From contig NIVC01001128.1 in the NCBI GenBank assembly GCA_002269645.1, positions 186,001 to 250,000 of the forward strand: a DNA stretch of 64,000 nt, written 5' to 3'. The translations under genes were made by a program, and so were the position numbers. Every line of letters starts with the position of its first letter. Position 1 is the stretch's first letter. Origin of the DNA: Macrostomum lignano (taxonomy: Eukaryota). Below the pieces are notes generated by a model, which was not told where the DNA came from, ran no database searches, and saw only the letters and a list, made by a program, of their open reading frames with translations. Below are positions 34,167-46,100 of the stretch, piece after piece.

Positions 34167-37100
34167 ATGCCAGAAGTTGTAGCTCAACCACAAAAGCAGC
34201 AACAGCAGCAGCAGTACTGCTACTCAACTGAGCAGTACTTTCGACTGCCAGATAAATCATTGACCGCCAATCGGATAGTGATGCGCAATGAGCACTGCCT
34301 TGTTGCCTTCACTTCCGCTGGCTGTCTTCTGCGATTCGAACGAAATCCAACAGTGGCTGATCAGAAACAGCCCAGCTGGAAGGAGGTGCTTCGACTGCCA
34401 TTGATGAATTTTGATGCCTGTCTGTTGGCTGATTCTCAGGCTGCCGATGAGCGTCTGGTGGTGTGGCTCGCTGGGACACTGCGGGTCTACAATATTGACA
34501 GTCTGGAGTGCGGCAGCTTCAGCAGCGTCTGCGGATTGCCTGCTGGGGTTGCCGACGCTGCCTCTGGAGCTCGGGTGGCAAAGATATTGCAGATCTCTGC
34601 CGACGAAATGCTGCTAATGACTCGCTTGGCAACTGATGCAGTCTATGGTGAGGGCTGTGTGTGCATCATTACTTGGCTGGGCTGTCATCCTCCCTGATCC
34701 TCAGTAGCTGGGCCAGCCTCCCAAATCCTCAGTTGCTGGGCCAGCCTCCCAGATCCCCAGTTGCTGGACCAGCCTCCCAGATCCCCAGTTGTTGAGCCAG
34801 CCTCCCAGAACCCAACAGGTTGCTGGGCTGTTAGACTCAGAATTTGCAGTCACCAGTTCTCACTGCACTCTCAAGCAGCTCTCATTTGCCCCCTCTCTCT
34901 CTTTCTCCTCGCATGGCAGACTGCTCGCTTCATCCGGTGTGCATCAGCCACCTCCGCCTGCCGCCGGAGTCCACCTGGCCGGACAAGCCGCCGCTGATGG
35001 CCGCCACCCTGGCCTGTGTGGGCCTGCCGGTTCCTCCCGAGCGACTGCTTCGACTGCAATACGACAGCCGTCAGGCCTGCCTGCACTGCCTGACGCCTGA
35101 CGGTCGAGTTCTCACCATCGACTGTCTGTCCGGTTGGCTAGTTGACTCTCTGGCAGTGCCTCGGGACACCACCGATCTGCTGCTAGTTCGCAGTCACGCA
35201 GAATCGTCAATATTAGCTCTGGCTAGTCCCAACAGCGTCACCCTAGTGGAATATCCATCCTGTAGACGTTTGCACCGATTGAGCTTGCCTAGTAAACTTG
35301 CCGATGCTCGCCTACTGGCCTGTCGGTCAACTACTGTTAGTAGAATAATCCAACAGCCGGAATTATTTGTTTGGGGCGGCAACAGTTTAGTGTATCGGCT
35401 GCGAGAAACTTCGCCAGGTCAGCAGTATCAGAGATTGCTCGACTCGCTACAGTTTGATGAAGCTGAGCTGTGCGCTAAACGGTACGGACTGCCTATGGAC
35501 CGGTTGTACTATGCCAAGTGCAGGCATCTGCTAGATTCAGACTCTTCTAGTGCGTCTTCTTCGACACCCGTGTCGGAGGAGTCCCTGGCTGAGCTGGTCA
35601 GCTGTTTGGATAAGCTGGCATTCTCTACTGATGTTGAATATTTGCTGTTGTTAAGCAGCTGTCTGAAAGGTGAGGGCTTGCTTTGTTATGAAGTCTGATG
35701 TCATACTCTTTGTTGCCAGGCCTTTGTGATGGTTTTTTATTTTAATCCTTCAGTGTATTGTTTAACCCGAGTCCTTCACACATCCTTCAGTGGCCTGAGC
35801 TGCCACCCCTCTGATCCTTCAGTGGCCTGAGCTGCCACCCCTCTGATCCTTCAGTGGCCTGAGCTGCCACCCCTCTGATCCTTCAGTGGCCTGAGCTGCC
35901 ACCCCTCTGATCCTTCAGTGGACTGAGCCGCCACCCCTCTGATCCTTCAGTGGCCTGAGCTGCCACCCCTCTGATCCTTCAGTGGCCTGAGCTGCCACCC
36001 CTCTGATCCTTCAGTGGACTGAGCCGCCACCCCTCTGATCCTTCAGTGGCCTGAGCTGCCACCCCTCTGATCCTTCAGTGGCCTGAGCTGCCACCCCTCT
36101 GATCCTTCAGTGGCCTGAGCTGCCACCCCTCTGATCCTTCAGTGGCCTGAGCTGCCACCCCTCTGATCCTTCAGTGGCCTGAGCTGCCACCCCTCTGATC
36201 CTTCAGTGGCCTGAGCTGCCACCCCTCTGATCCTTCAGTGGCCTGAGCTGCCACCCCTCTGATCCTTCAGTGGCCTGAGCTGCCACCCCTCTGATCCTTC
36301 AATGGCCTGAGCTGCCACCCCTCTGATCCTTCAGTAGCCTGAGCTGCCACCCCTCTGATCCTTCAGTGGCCTGAGCTGCCACCCCTCTGATCCTTCAGTG
36401 GCCTGAGCTGCCACCCCTCTGATCCTTCAGTGGCCTGAGCTGCCACCCCTCTGATCCTTCAGTGGACTGAGCCGCCACCCCTCTGATCCTTCAGTGGCCT
36501 GAGCTGCCACCCCTCTGATCCTTCAGTGGCCTGAGCTGCCACCCCTCTGATCCTTCAGTGGCCTGAGCTGCCACCCCTCTGATCCTTCAGTGGCCTGAGC
36601 TGCCACCCCTCTGATCCTTCAGTGGACTGAGCCGCCACCCCTCTGATCCTTCAGTGGCCTGAGCTGCCACCCCTCTGATCCTTCAGTGGCCTGAGCTGCC
36701 ACCCCTCTGATCCTTCAGTGGCCTGAGCTGCCACCCCTCTGATCCTTCAGTGGCCTGAGCTGCCACCCCTCTGATCCTTCAGTGGCCTGAGCTGCCACCC
36801 CTCTGATCCTTCAGTGGCCTGAGCTGCCACCCCTCTGATCCTTCAGTGGCCTGAGCTGCCACCCCTCTGATCCTTCAGTGGCCTGAGCTGCCACCCCTCT
36901 GATCCTTCAGTGGCCTGAGCTGCCACCCCTCTGATCCTTCAATGGTCCTCAATAAAATCTACAAACAGCGCTAATTTACCTTTCTTCATCCCACTAACTC
37001 TCCCACAGCCGCCTGTAACGGGTCCAGTCCCGGCCTGCTCGAGCAGCTCCTAACAACGGTGTCGAATCAGCTGTGCCGCTATTTCTACGACCCATCTGTA

Positions 37101-40100
37101 GCGGTTGGCACCGAAGCAGCCGATCAGTCCATCCTAGCCCGCTGGTGCGAGACCAGCGATTTAGCCGCCGCAACATTGCAACGCCTACGCGTTTGCTTAC
37201 AATTGATCGAGCCGGATCAATTCAGTTTAGAAATGTGGCAATGGTTTCAAACTGTTAATATTTGTTCGTATTTTTGCGACTCTGTACTGCGCAATAATCA
37301 AGAGGAATCGGCTGTACTGTTTGCTAATTATAAGCAGACCATCTGCAGACAATTAGCAGATAGCGGAGAATATCTACAGCTGGTGCTGGACAATCTGCGC
37401 TGCTGTCAACCGGATGGATTGCTGTCACAGCCTTGGTGCGTCTGGCTGGCTGAGGAGTTCCTGCCGGCTATGGCCGCCTCGCCTGAGTCTGCGAGGTTTG
37501 CTCCCATAGTAAGTTGATCGAGTTATGACAGCTTGCTGTTACCGGCTTGGGAGCTAGAATAGATAGAGTGGATTGGAGTGTTAGATGGAGAGAATTGGAG
37601 TGCTAGATTAAGTGGATTGGAGTGCTAGATAGAAAGGATTTGAGTGTTAAATAGAGAGGATTGGACTTCTAGATAGGGAGAATCAGCAGTGCTAGATAAG
37701 GAGAATCAGGAGTGCTAGATAGTGAGAATCGGGAGTGCTCGATAGGGAGGATCAGGAGTGCTAGACATGGAGGATCAGGAGTGCTAGATAGTGAGAATAA
37801 GGAGTGCTAGATAGTGAGAATCAGGAGTGCTAGATAGGAAGGATCAAGAGTGCTAGACATGGAGAATCAGGAGTGCTAGATATGGAGGATCAGGAGTGCT
37901 AAATAGTGAGAATCAGGAGTGCTAAATATGGAGGAGCAGGAGTGCTAGAAATGGAGGATCAGGAGCGCTAGATAAGGAGGATCAGGAGTGCTAGAAATGG
38001 AGGATCAGGAGCGCTAGATAAGGAGGATCAGGAGCGCTAGATAAGGAGGATCAGGAGTGCTAGATATGGAGGATCAGGAGTGCTAGATAGGGAGGAACAG
38101 GAGTGCTAGACATGGAGAATGAACAGGAGTGCTAGACATGGAGAATCAGCAGCGCTAGATAAGGAGGATCAGGAGTGCTAGATAAGGAGGATCAGGAGTG
38201 CTAGATAGGTAGGAACAGGAGTGCTAGATAGGGAGGATCAGGAGTGCTAGATATGGAGGATCAGGAGTGCTAGATAGGGAGGATCAGGAGTGCTAGATAT
38301 GGAGGATCAGGAGTGCTAGATAGGGAGGATCAGGAGTGCTAGATATGGAGGATCAGGAGTGCTAGATAGGGAGGAACAGGAGTGCTAGACATGGAGAATC
38401 AGGAGTGCTAGATAGGGAGGAACAGGAGTGCTAGACATGGAGGATCAGGAGTGCTAGATAGAGAGAATTAGGAATGCACCTGTACATTCGCTACTCTAAT
38501 CTCACAGATCGCTGATTGGCTAGAGGACTGCATAGACGGCCTGATCCGATTGGACGACTCCGCGGCCACCAAAGCGGACGCCTGCCGCCAGTTCTTAGCC
38601 AATCTGCTGCGCTGCGTTGGCCAACCAACTGAAGAAGCCGGGGACTCGTTTAGCCGCCCCCTGAGCCAGTTAGCTAGGGCTTTAGACGAGCTGGTGTGCC
38701 TGTGCTCCAGGTATAAACTGCGTCTGAGCGTTCGCCTCTACCGGCGTATGGATAAAGGGGATTTGGCCAAGCATATCCTGGATTATATTCTGCTTAGTCA
38801 GGATGCCGGCCTGTTTGGCCTGTTTGGAGCTTATTTGCAGGTGAGCCTCGCTGAAATGACCCCTGGTTCGATTCCGTGCGCAGCCACAATTTTCATTTTG
38901 GGGTTTTGCTCGTGCTCAGAAGCGCAAGTATCTGTACTATAAAAATACGAATTTCCTCCCGCAGGAGTGCGGCCTTAATAGCGACCAATTCTATTGCGAC
39001 TATTGTTCAGCCAGGCTGCAGGCAGCCAGTGCTGCAACAGACGCGGCTATGCATATGATTGGCTCCAATAATGATGCAGCCAATCATCTGCATGGCAGCG
39101 ACAGCCACGGCAGCGGTGTGAGTCCTCAGGATGCTGAGAGGACCGCTGTCACCGTACTCGGTCGAATAGTTAACGAAGACGCCAGGATGCGTTGTACTAT
39201 TATGCTAGCCGAGCAGGCGACTGTGCCGTGGTCAGAGGAGGTGCAAGCAGTTGTTGAGCAGCATCTGGCTTTGAGGCATCGGCCTGATCGGGTAGTGCTG
39301 CAGCGGGCTGTAACGGCGGCTAAGACTCAGGCGCTGTTTAAACGGTAAGGCTGACTGGGGGTCTAGAGGTAGAGAAATGGGGTGTTGGCTGGGGTTAGCG
39401 GCTCATTGGGAGTGGTCTGTAGGGAGAGAAATGGGGTGGTGGCTGGGGTTAGCGGTTCACTGTGGGTCTGGAGGGAGAGAAATGGGGTGGTGGCTGGGGT
39501 TAGTGGCTCATTGGGGGTGGTCTGTAGGGAGAGAAATGGGGTGGTGGCTGGGGTTAGTGGCTCATTGGGGGTGGTCTGTAGGGAGAGAAATGGGTGTCTC
39601 ATTAGGGGTCTGGGGGGAGAGAAATGGGTGTTGGCTGGGGTTAGAGGCTCACTGTGGGTCTGGAGGGAGAGAAATGGGGTGGTGGCTGGGGTTAGTGGCT
39701 CATTGGGAGTGGTCTGTAGGGAGAGAAATGGGGTGGTGGCTGGGTTAGCGGTTCACTGTGGGTCTGTAGGGAGAGAAATGGGGTGGTGGCTGGGGTTAGT
39801 GGCTCATTGGGGGTGGTCTGTAGGGAGAGAAATGGGGTGGTGGCTGGGGTTAGTGGCTCATTGGGAGTGGTCTGTAGGGAGAGAAATGGGGTGGTGGCTG
39901 GGGTTAGTGGCTCATTGGGGGTGGTCTGTAGGGAGAGAAATGGGGTGGTGGCTGGGGTTAGTGGCTCATTGGGAGTGGTCTGTAGGGAGAGAAATGGGGT
40001 GGTGGCTGGGTTTAGTGGCTCATTGGGGGTGGTCTGTAGGGAGAGAAATGGGGTGGTGGCTGGGGTTAGCGGTTCACTGTGGGTCTGTAGGGAGAGAAAT

Positions 40101-43100
40101 GGGGTGGTGGCTGGGGTTAGTGGCTCATTGGGGGTGGTCTGTAGGGAGAGAAATGGGGTGGTGGCTGGGGTTAGTGGCTCATTGGGAGTGGTCTGTAGGG
40201 AGAGAAATGGGGTGGTGGCTGGGGTTAGTGGCTCATTGGGGGTGGTCTGTAGGGAGAGAAATGGGGTGGTGGCTGGGGTTAGCGGTTCACTGTGGGTCTG
40301 TAGGGAGAGAAATGGGGTGGTGGCTGGGTTAGTGGCTCATTGGGGTGGTCTGTAGGGAGAGAAATGGGGTGGTGGCTGGGTTTAGTGGCTCATTGGGGGT
40401 GGTCTGTAGGGAGAGAAATGGGGTGGTGGCTGGGGTTAGCGGTTCACTGTGGGTCTGTAGGGAGAGAAATGGGGTGGTGGCTGGGGTTAGTGGTTCACTG
40501 TGGGTCTGTAGGGAGAGAAATGGGGTGGTGGCTGGGGTTAGTGGCTCATTGGGAGTGGTCTGTAGGGAGAGAAATGGGGTGGTGGCTGGGGTTAGTGGCT
40601 CATTGGGAGTGGTCTGTAGGGAGAGAAATGGGGTGGTGGCTGGGGTTAGTGGCTCATTGGGAGTGGTCTGTAGGGAGAGAAATGGGGTGGTGGCTGGGGT
40701 TAGCGGTTCACTGTGGGTCTGTAGGGAGAGAAATGGGGTGGTGGCTGGGGTTAGTGGCTCATTGGGGGTGGTCTGTAGGGAGAGAAATGGGGTGGTGGCT
40801 GGGTTAGCGGTTCACTGTGGGTCTGTAGGGAGAGAAATGGGGTGGTGGCTGGGGTTAGTGGCTCATTGGGGGTGGTCTGTAGGGAGAGAAATGGGGTGGT
40901 GGCTGGGTTTAGTGGCTCATTGGGGGTGGTCTGTAGGGAGAGAAATGGGGTGGTGGCTGGGGTTAGCGGTTCACTGTGGGTCTGTAGGGAGAGAAATGGG
41001 GTGGTGGCTGGGGTTAGTGGCTCATTGGGGGTGGTCTGTAGGGAGAGAAATGGGGTGGTGGCTGGGGTTAGTGGCTCATTGGGAGTGGTCTGTAGGGAGA
41101 GAAATGGGGTGGTGGCTGGGGTTAGTGGCTCATTGGGGGTGGTCTGTAGGGAGAGAAATGGGGTGGTGGCTGGGGTTAGTGGCTCATTGGGAGTGGTCTG
41201 TAGGGAGAGAAATGGGGTGGTGGCTGGGGTTAGCGGTTCACTGTGGGTCTGTAGGGAGAGAAATGGGGTGGTGGCTGGGGTTAGTGGCTCATTGGGGGTG
41301 GTCTGTAGGGAGAGAAATGGGGTGGTGGCTGGGGTTAGCGGTTCACTGTGGGTCTGTAGGGAGAGAAATGGGGTGGTGGCTGGGGTTAGTGGCTCATTGG
41401 GGGTGGTCTGTAGGGAGAGAAATGGAGTGGTGGCTGGGTTTAGTGGCTCATTGGGGGTGGTCTGTAGGGAGAGAAATGGGGTGGTGGCTGGGGTTAGTGG
41501 CTCATTGGGAGTGGTCTGTAGGGAGAGAAATGGGGTGGTGGCTGGGGTTAGTGGCTCATCGGGGGTGGTCTGTAGGGAGAGAAATGGGGTGGTGGCTGGG
41601 GTTAGCGGTTCACTGTGGGTCTGTAGGGAGAGAAATGGGTGTTGGCTGGCGTTAGAGGCTCACTGTGGGTCTGGAGGGAGAGAAATGGGGTGTTGGCTGG
41701 GGTTAGAGGCTCACTGTGGGTCTGTAGGGAGAGAAATGGGGTGTTGGCTGGCGTTAGAGGCTCACTGTGGGTCTTGAGGGAGAGAAATGGGGTGGTGGCT
41801 GGGGTTAGTGGCTCATTAAGGGTCTGTTGGGAGAGAAATAGTGTGGTGGCTGGGGTTAGCAGCTCAGCGGTTTAGTAGGCCCAGGGGTCTGGGGAGTGAG
41901 GTGGCGTTAGCTGCTCACTAAATGGCCTCGAGAAACAAGAGACTCGAGTAATTGCTTACTGAAAAAAAGGGTATAAATGAATGTATAGTGACAGGCCCAA
42001 GCCACAAATAAAAATAGAAAAGAGAATTTCTTATCTGTTTTGTATTATCAATTTGTTCGACTGCTTTTCAACAGTGAGACACACCCACCATTTAAAACCC
42101 CTAAAACATTTAACAGCTACAATATCAGGCAGCACGACGCCAGCCAGCAGGACGCCCAAGCTAGGGCAGCTTTAAAAGGCCTATTCTCACAGCTGGCCAG
42201 CGGCCGAGTTACTCCGGCCACTGTCCGAGCCGATCTGCTACTATTAACGGACACGTTTGGATTTACAGTCTCGGATTTAATGACCGTGGCCGTTGATTGC
42301 GCTTTGAAAGAGGGTAGTTCCGTTAAGTGAGTAGTTGTGTTTGTCTGTTTTAATTAGTATGATTACGTAATTAACGTAAGGGAAAAATTATAGAACAAGG
42401 CATTCGGAGTATTTAATTACAGGTTTATAGTTACTCTCGTCGCTAACCTGAGCAGCCCTTTAATCTTTTGTGTCTTTAGCTCGTATAATTAGAACTAAAG
42501 AAATTGTAGAGCTGGTACCGCTAGATGTAAAATAGTTCTAATTAGATGACGAGGCGCTTAGTTATAATTGCTCTTACTGTTTACCCTTGCGGTGTGCTGT
42601 GAGGCATTGAAAGCGAATATCGCATTTCAATAATCGGTCGGTTTGGGTGCCCAGCCCAAGCGCTATACCGTAGTACCAACAGGTGTTGTGACGTTCTGCT
42701 TATTCTATATTAATACTGACAGGCGTTATGACGCTCTGGCAAGAAGGAACTCTAGCCCTGCCTAGCAAGCTTCCCGGAAATAAAAGATTAACTCAAAGCA
42801 GGCAAACTCAAAGTGGCCGAGTAACGGACGCTTCTTATATTTAAATACTCAAGTTGAACTCAATCACAGAACTCAAATCGGTGATGGTTGGCTAATAGGT
42901 CCTGACTGTCGACTAATACTAATAGTCGACGTCTGGTGCTGCTCTTCTCTGACCCGTTCTCTGGGTTTTACTTAATCTAAATCTACAAATCGCTATGACC
43001 GATGTTTGTTTGACAAACAAAAAGGGCGAGATGCGAGAGAAAAAGGGCGCACAACAATAAATAGCAAACTCAGGCCTGGGGGCAGGGGGATAGACTGCCC

Positions 43101-46100
43101 GATCGGCTAAGCCGACGAGAACAGAACACGCACTGGCCAGCCAATCAAACCCCGCCTGGGGGAGAGGGTGCAGCACGCACAAAGCCCCGCGGCCAGCCAA
43201 ACCTTGACCTGGCTCACGTCAACTCCAAGCTAGCACAAAAGTGCATCGCGCCGTGCCAAAAAGACAAGGGCAAATGCACTACAATTTCATAGTGCACGTC
43301 GTAGATGATTCGTCGGTCGTGTCCCAGCTGACCAGGACTTTGCCAACTAACCAAGTAATCAAGTTTCCTCTTTACTGTGTCAACAGTACCCTGTTCCTCG
43401 GCTATCCTTTTCGGAACGACTTTGCCGTCTACCAGGTCGTAGAAAATTGTCAGCACCGATCAGAAGGGAGACTGGCTCATTGGCATCGCGGAGATCAAAC
43501 GGATTGGCAAGATTAAGAGGCTGAATTTCTGAATGTGCGTCCAACATCACTGATGTTTGAGGTTTGCAGATCCAAGAAGTCGTGTAGCCTTTCAAAGAAA
43601 CATAATTTCCGTCCTTGGAACCCGTTCTCAGAATGTGGCATCATACGATGTTCGATGTAGATTCGCTGCATCTTGTTCCAAAAGTGTTGCCACGCAGCAC
43701 TTTACTTGCCTGTGTTGTAAAGCTCAACTGGCTGCTCATGTCCTGTCTGATGTAGGTTTTATTAATGGCGGTATCTAATAACTCGTAGATCAACACTCCC
43801 CAGTCAAAACGATGCCGTTGCCTTGTCGTCGTTAACACGTCAAAAATAACGTCGCCAAATAAGCCATTTTGTCGCACGCGGTGACGTTGCTATTACGACC
43901 CCAGGCAACGTTAGAATTTCACGTTACTGATGACCAAACGGCGATCATTCATTACAGATTGCATATACTTAGCACAGATGCTTAGCACCTTCAATATACC
44001 GAGAATCTCGAATCTATAATTCAATAAGTTTGTTCTAAGGTAGGGAATAAAAATAAACTAAGTTTATGGAGTTTATAGGTCTATGGAGATCATGGAGTAT
44101 AGACTCTGGACATCACAGGTTGCCAGAGTCCATCCTTCTGTGCAAAATTTATCCATAAGGTGTGCTTTGAAGTCATATGAGTCCTTAATGAAAGTGGGTT
44201 GAGCTTAGGCAATCGGATTAAGAAAAAAATCAATGCATTTTTCTGCCAGTGGCTTCAGAACTACATCGGCTAACAATAGGTCTGTCTGCTCGGACCCGGA
44301 AATCACATCACATCACAGAATCACAAGATCAGGGTTCTTGTGAGTTTTTGGTAGCAGGTAGAAATGCCCGGGGCGAAGACAAGAGAACTGTTTGTTTGAT
44401 ATAAACTTTTTGCTACATAAAATGAGAAAGATCCACCTGATAATTTCCGCAGTCTCGGGTTTCGACGGCTGGTCCAGCTTTTGATAGGCATTAGTGTCAA
44501 GCAATTGGTCGTAGGCTGCAAGTTTGCATGATGACTACTGCGTTTCCTTTGTCCGCCTTTTATATTAGGACGGAGCTGTTTCGCTCCTGAATCGCTCTTG
44601 TCTCTGGTGCTAGCGGGCTAACTAACCCTCTTCAGCTCTCCAAAGAACTAGCTCAAGTGGATTCATAAAAATTTAAAGAGAACCAAAGAATAGTACGCAC
44701 ATAGCCACAAACTGTTCAGATGTAGCGTTATTGTATTTAATCGAAAAGTAGCTAAGCTTAGTACCGGCTAATAGCGGTCTAGGCGCATGAGCATGGCTGA
44801 CTGACATCAAGCGGTCAGAAACGCAGACAAGTGCAAGGTCGTTAAGCCAAGTCAAGTTAACCCAATACAGTAGGCTGAAAGTAATGATATGCAAAAAAGG
44901 CATGCGATCAGTCATTAGAAAAATATAATTCACACACTCCTGCGGCAACCTAGATCGCAGTCGGTGGACATACTTCTCAGCACTAGCCAACGCCCAGCGA
45001 GCCGTCGCAGCAACCTGCGTGCAGTGCGTCGAGCATGCGCGCAGAGTTGAATTCGAAGTAAAGCAGACCCTGCTTCATTAAGCTTGTGGCATAAGCTACG
45101 TAGTTGCTGCTCATATAAGACATCAAGGCAGTAACGAGCTCAGCATCGACGTACTTTGTCGCAGGCAGGCCTGGAAAGCTAACGTCAGTCCGGTTTTAAT
45201 ACCGTGCACTTGGCGGTACCACGTCCAAGCCATTCATTACTAACAGGTGTCATTGCGGTCAGCAGTGTTACACGAAGCTCACCATCGTTGTAGGTGCGCC
45301 AGTAAGCCATCAGGCAACGCCAGACAATACCACAGATATGGCGGGGCATCCCACGGCGGTACAGCACTTGCGCGCTCATTTGGTACGCTCTGCATCTTGT
45401 AGCATGGTCGAGGAGCTCGGCGCCTTGTAACTGTTGCAAAACGAACGTTGACACAGCACGGAGTGGATAGAGTACAGTACGCTTAAGAGTTCACCGACGC
45501 CGCGACCTGACAACTGCTTAGAATCACGCAGCTCAAAGCCCCTCACTTCCGCGTGCTGTACAAAGTGACGTTCCAGCAGCGGCTGAAAGTAGTGACCCAT
45601 ACGTCGTCACCTTGGTTGATACGCTTCATCAACTGCGAATTCAATCCGGCGTATTGGCGCACAACGATCATCGCGATATCAAAGTAGACAACATTTAAGA
45701 TAATATTTTGATAATTAATGCTACGTTGACCAGACGGCATTTCTTGCGTGACGCGTATCAGCTGTTGAAAGCCACGACACCTCATAACTGATTCAGCATA
45801 GCGCGGCTGGCCTACCAAAGGGGTTTTGACACGTCTTGACTAAAGCTCAGATTGCACATGACACGACCTAATTGCTTGACGAAATACACTGCTGATGAGC
45901 TGCAAAAGCACGGGGTAGATTATTAGATTAACCAGGCAGGACATGCAGTTGATTAAATCGTAGAGTCAAGAGAGCAGGAGAGAGTGAGAGAGCAGAAGAA
46001 TATCAATATTTTTATAATACACTGTAGATGTAAATTCCAGTCTAGTTCCGATCCGATGCGCTGAGGTTCAAAGCGCGGCTTGTTCTTTGACTGTTAGTGA

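Noticed and set aside
35785-36941. 32-bp near-identical repeats of CRISPR-like length (also the 28-bp and 49-bp arrays)
   Set aside because: Units are head-to-tail with no unique spacers, there are no cas genes, and the context is a eukaryotic intron.
39377-41777. Long ORFs of 190-436 aa in the G-rich array, and similar ORFs at 18.8-19.7, 21.1-22.7, 49-52.5, 53.8-55.2, 58.4-59.7 and 61.7-63.6 kb
   Set aside because: They are translations of tandem repeats lying within introns defined by clean splice sites and phase continuity of the host genes.
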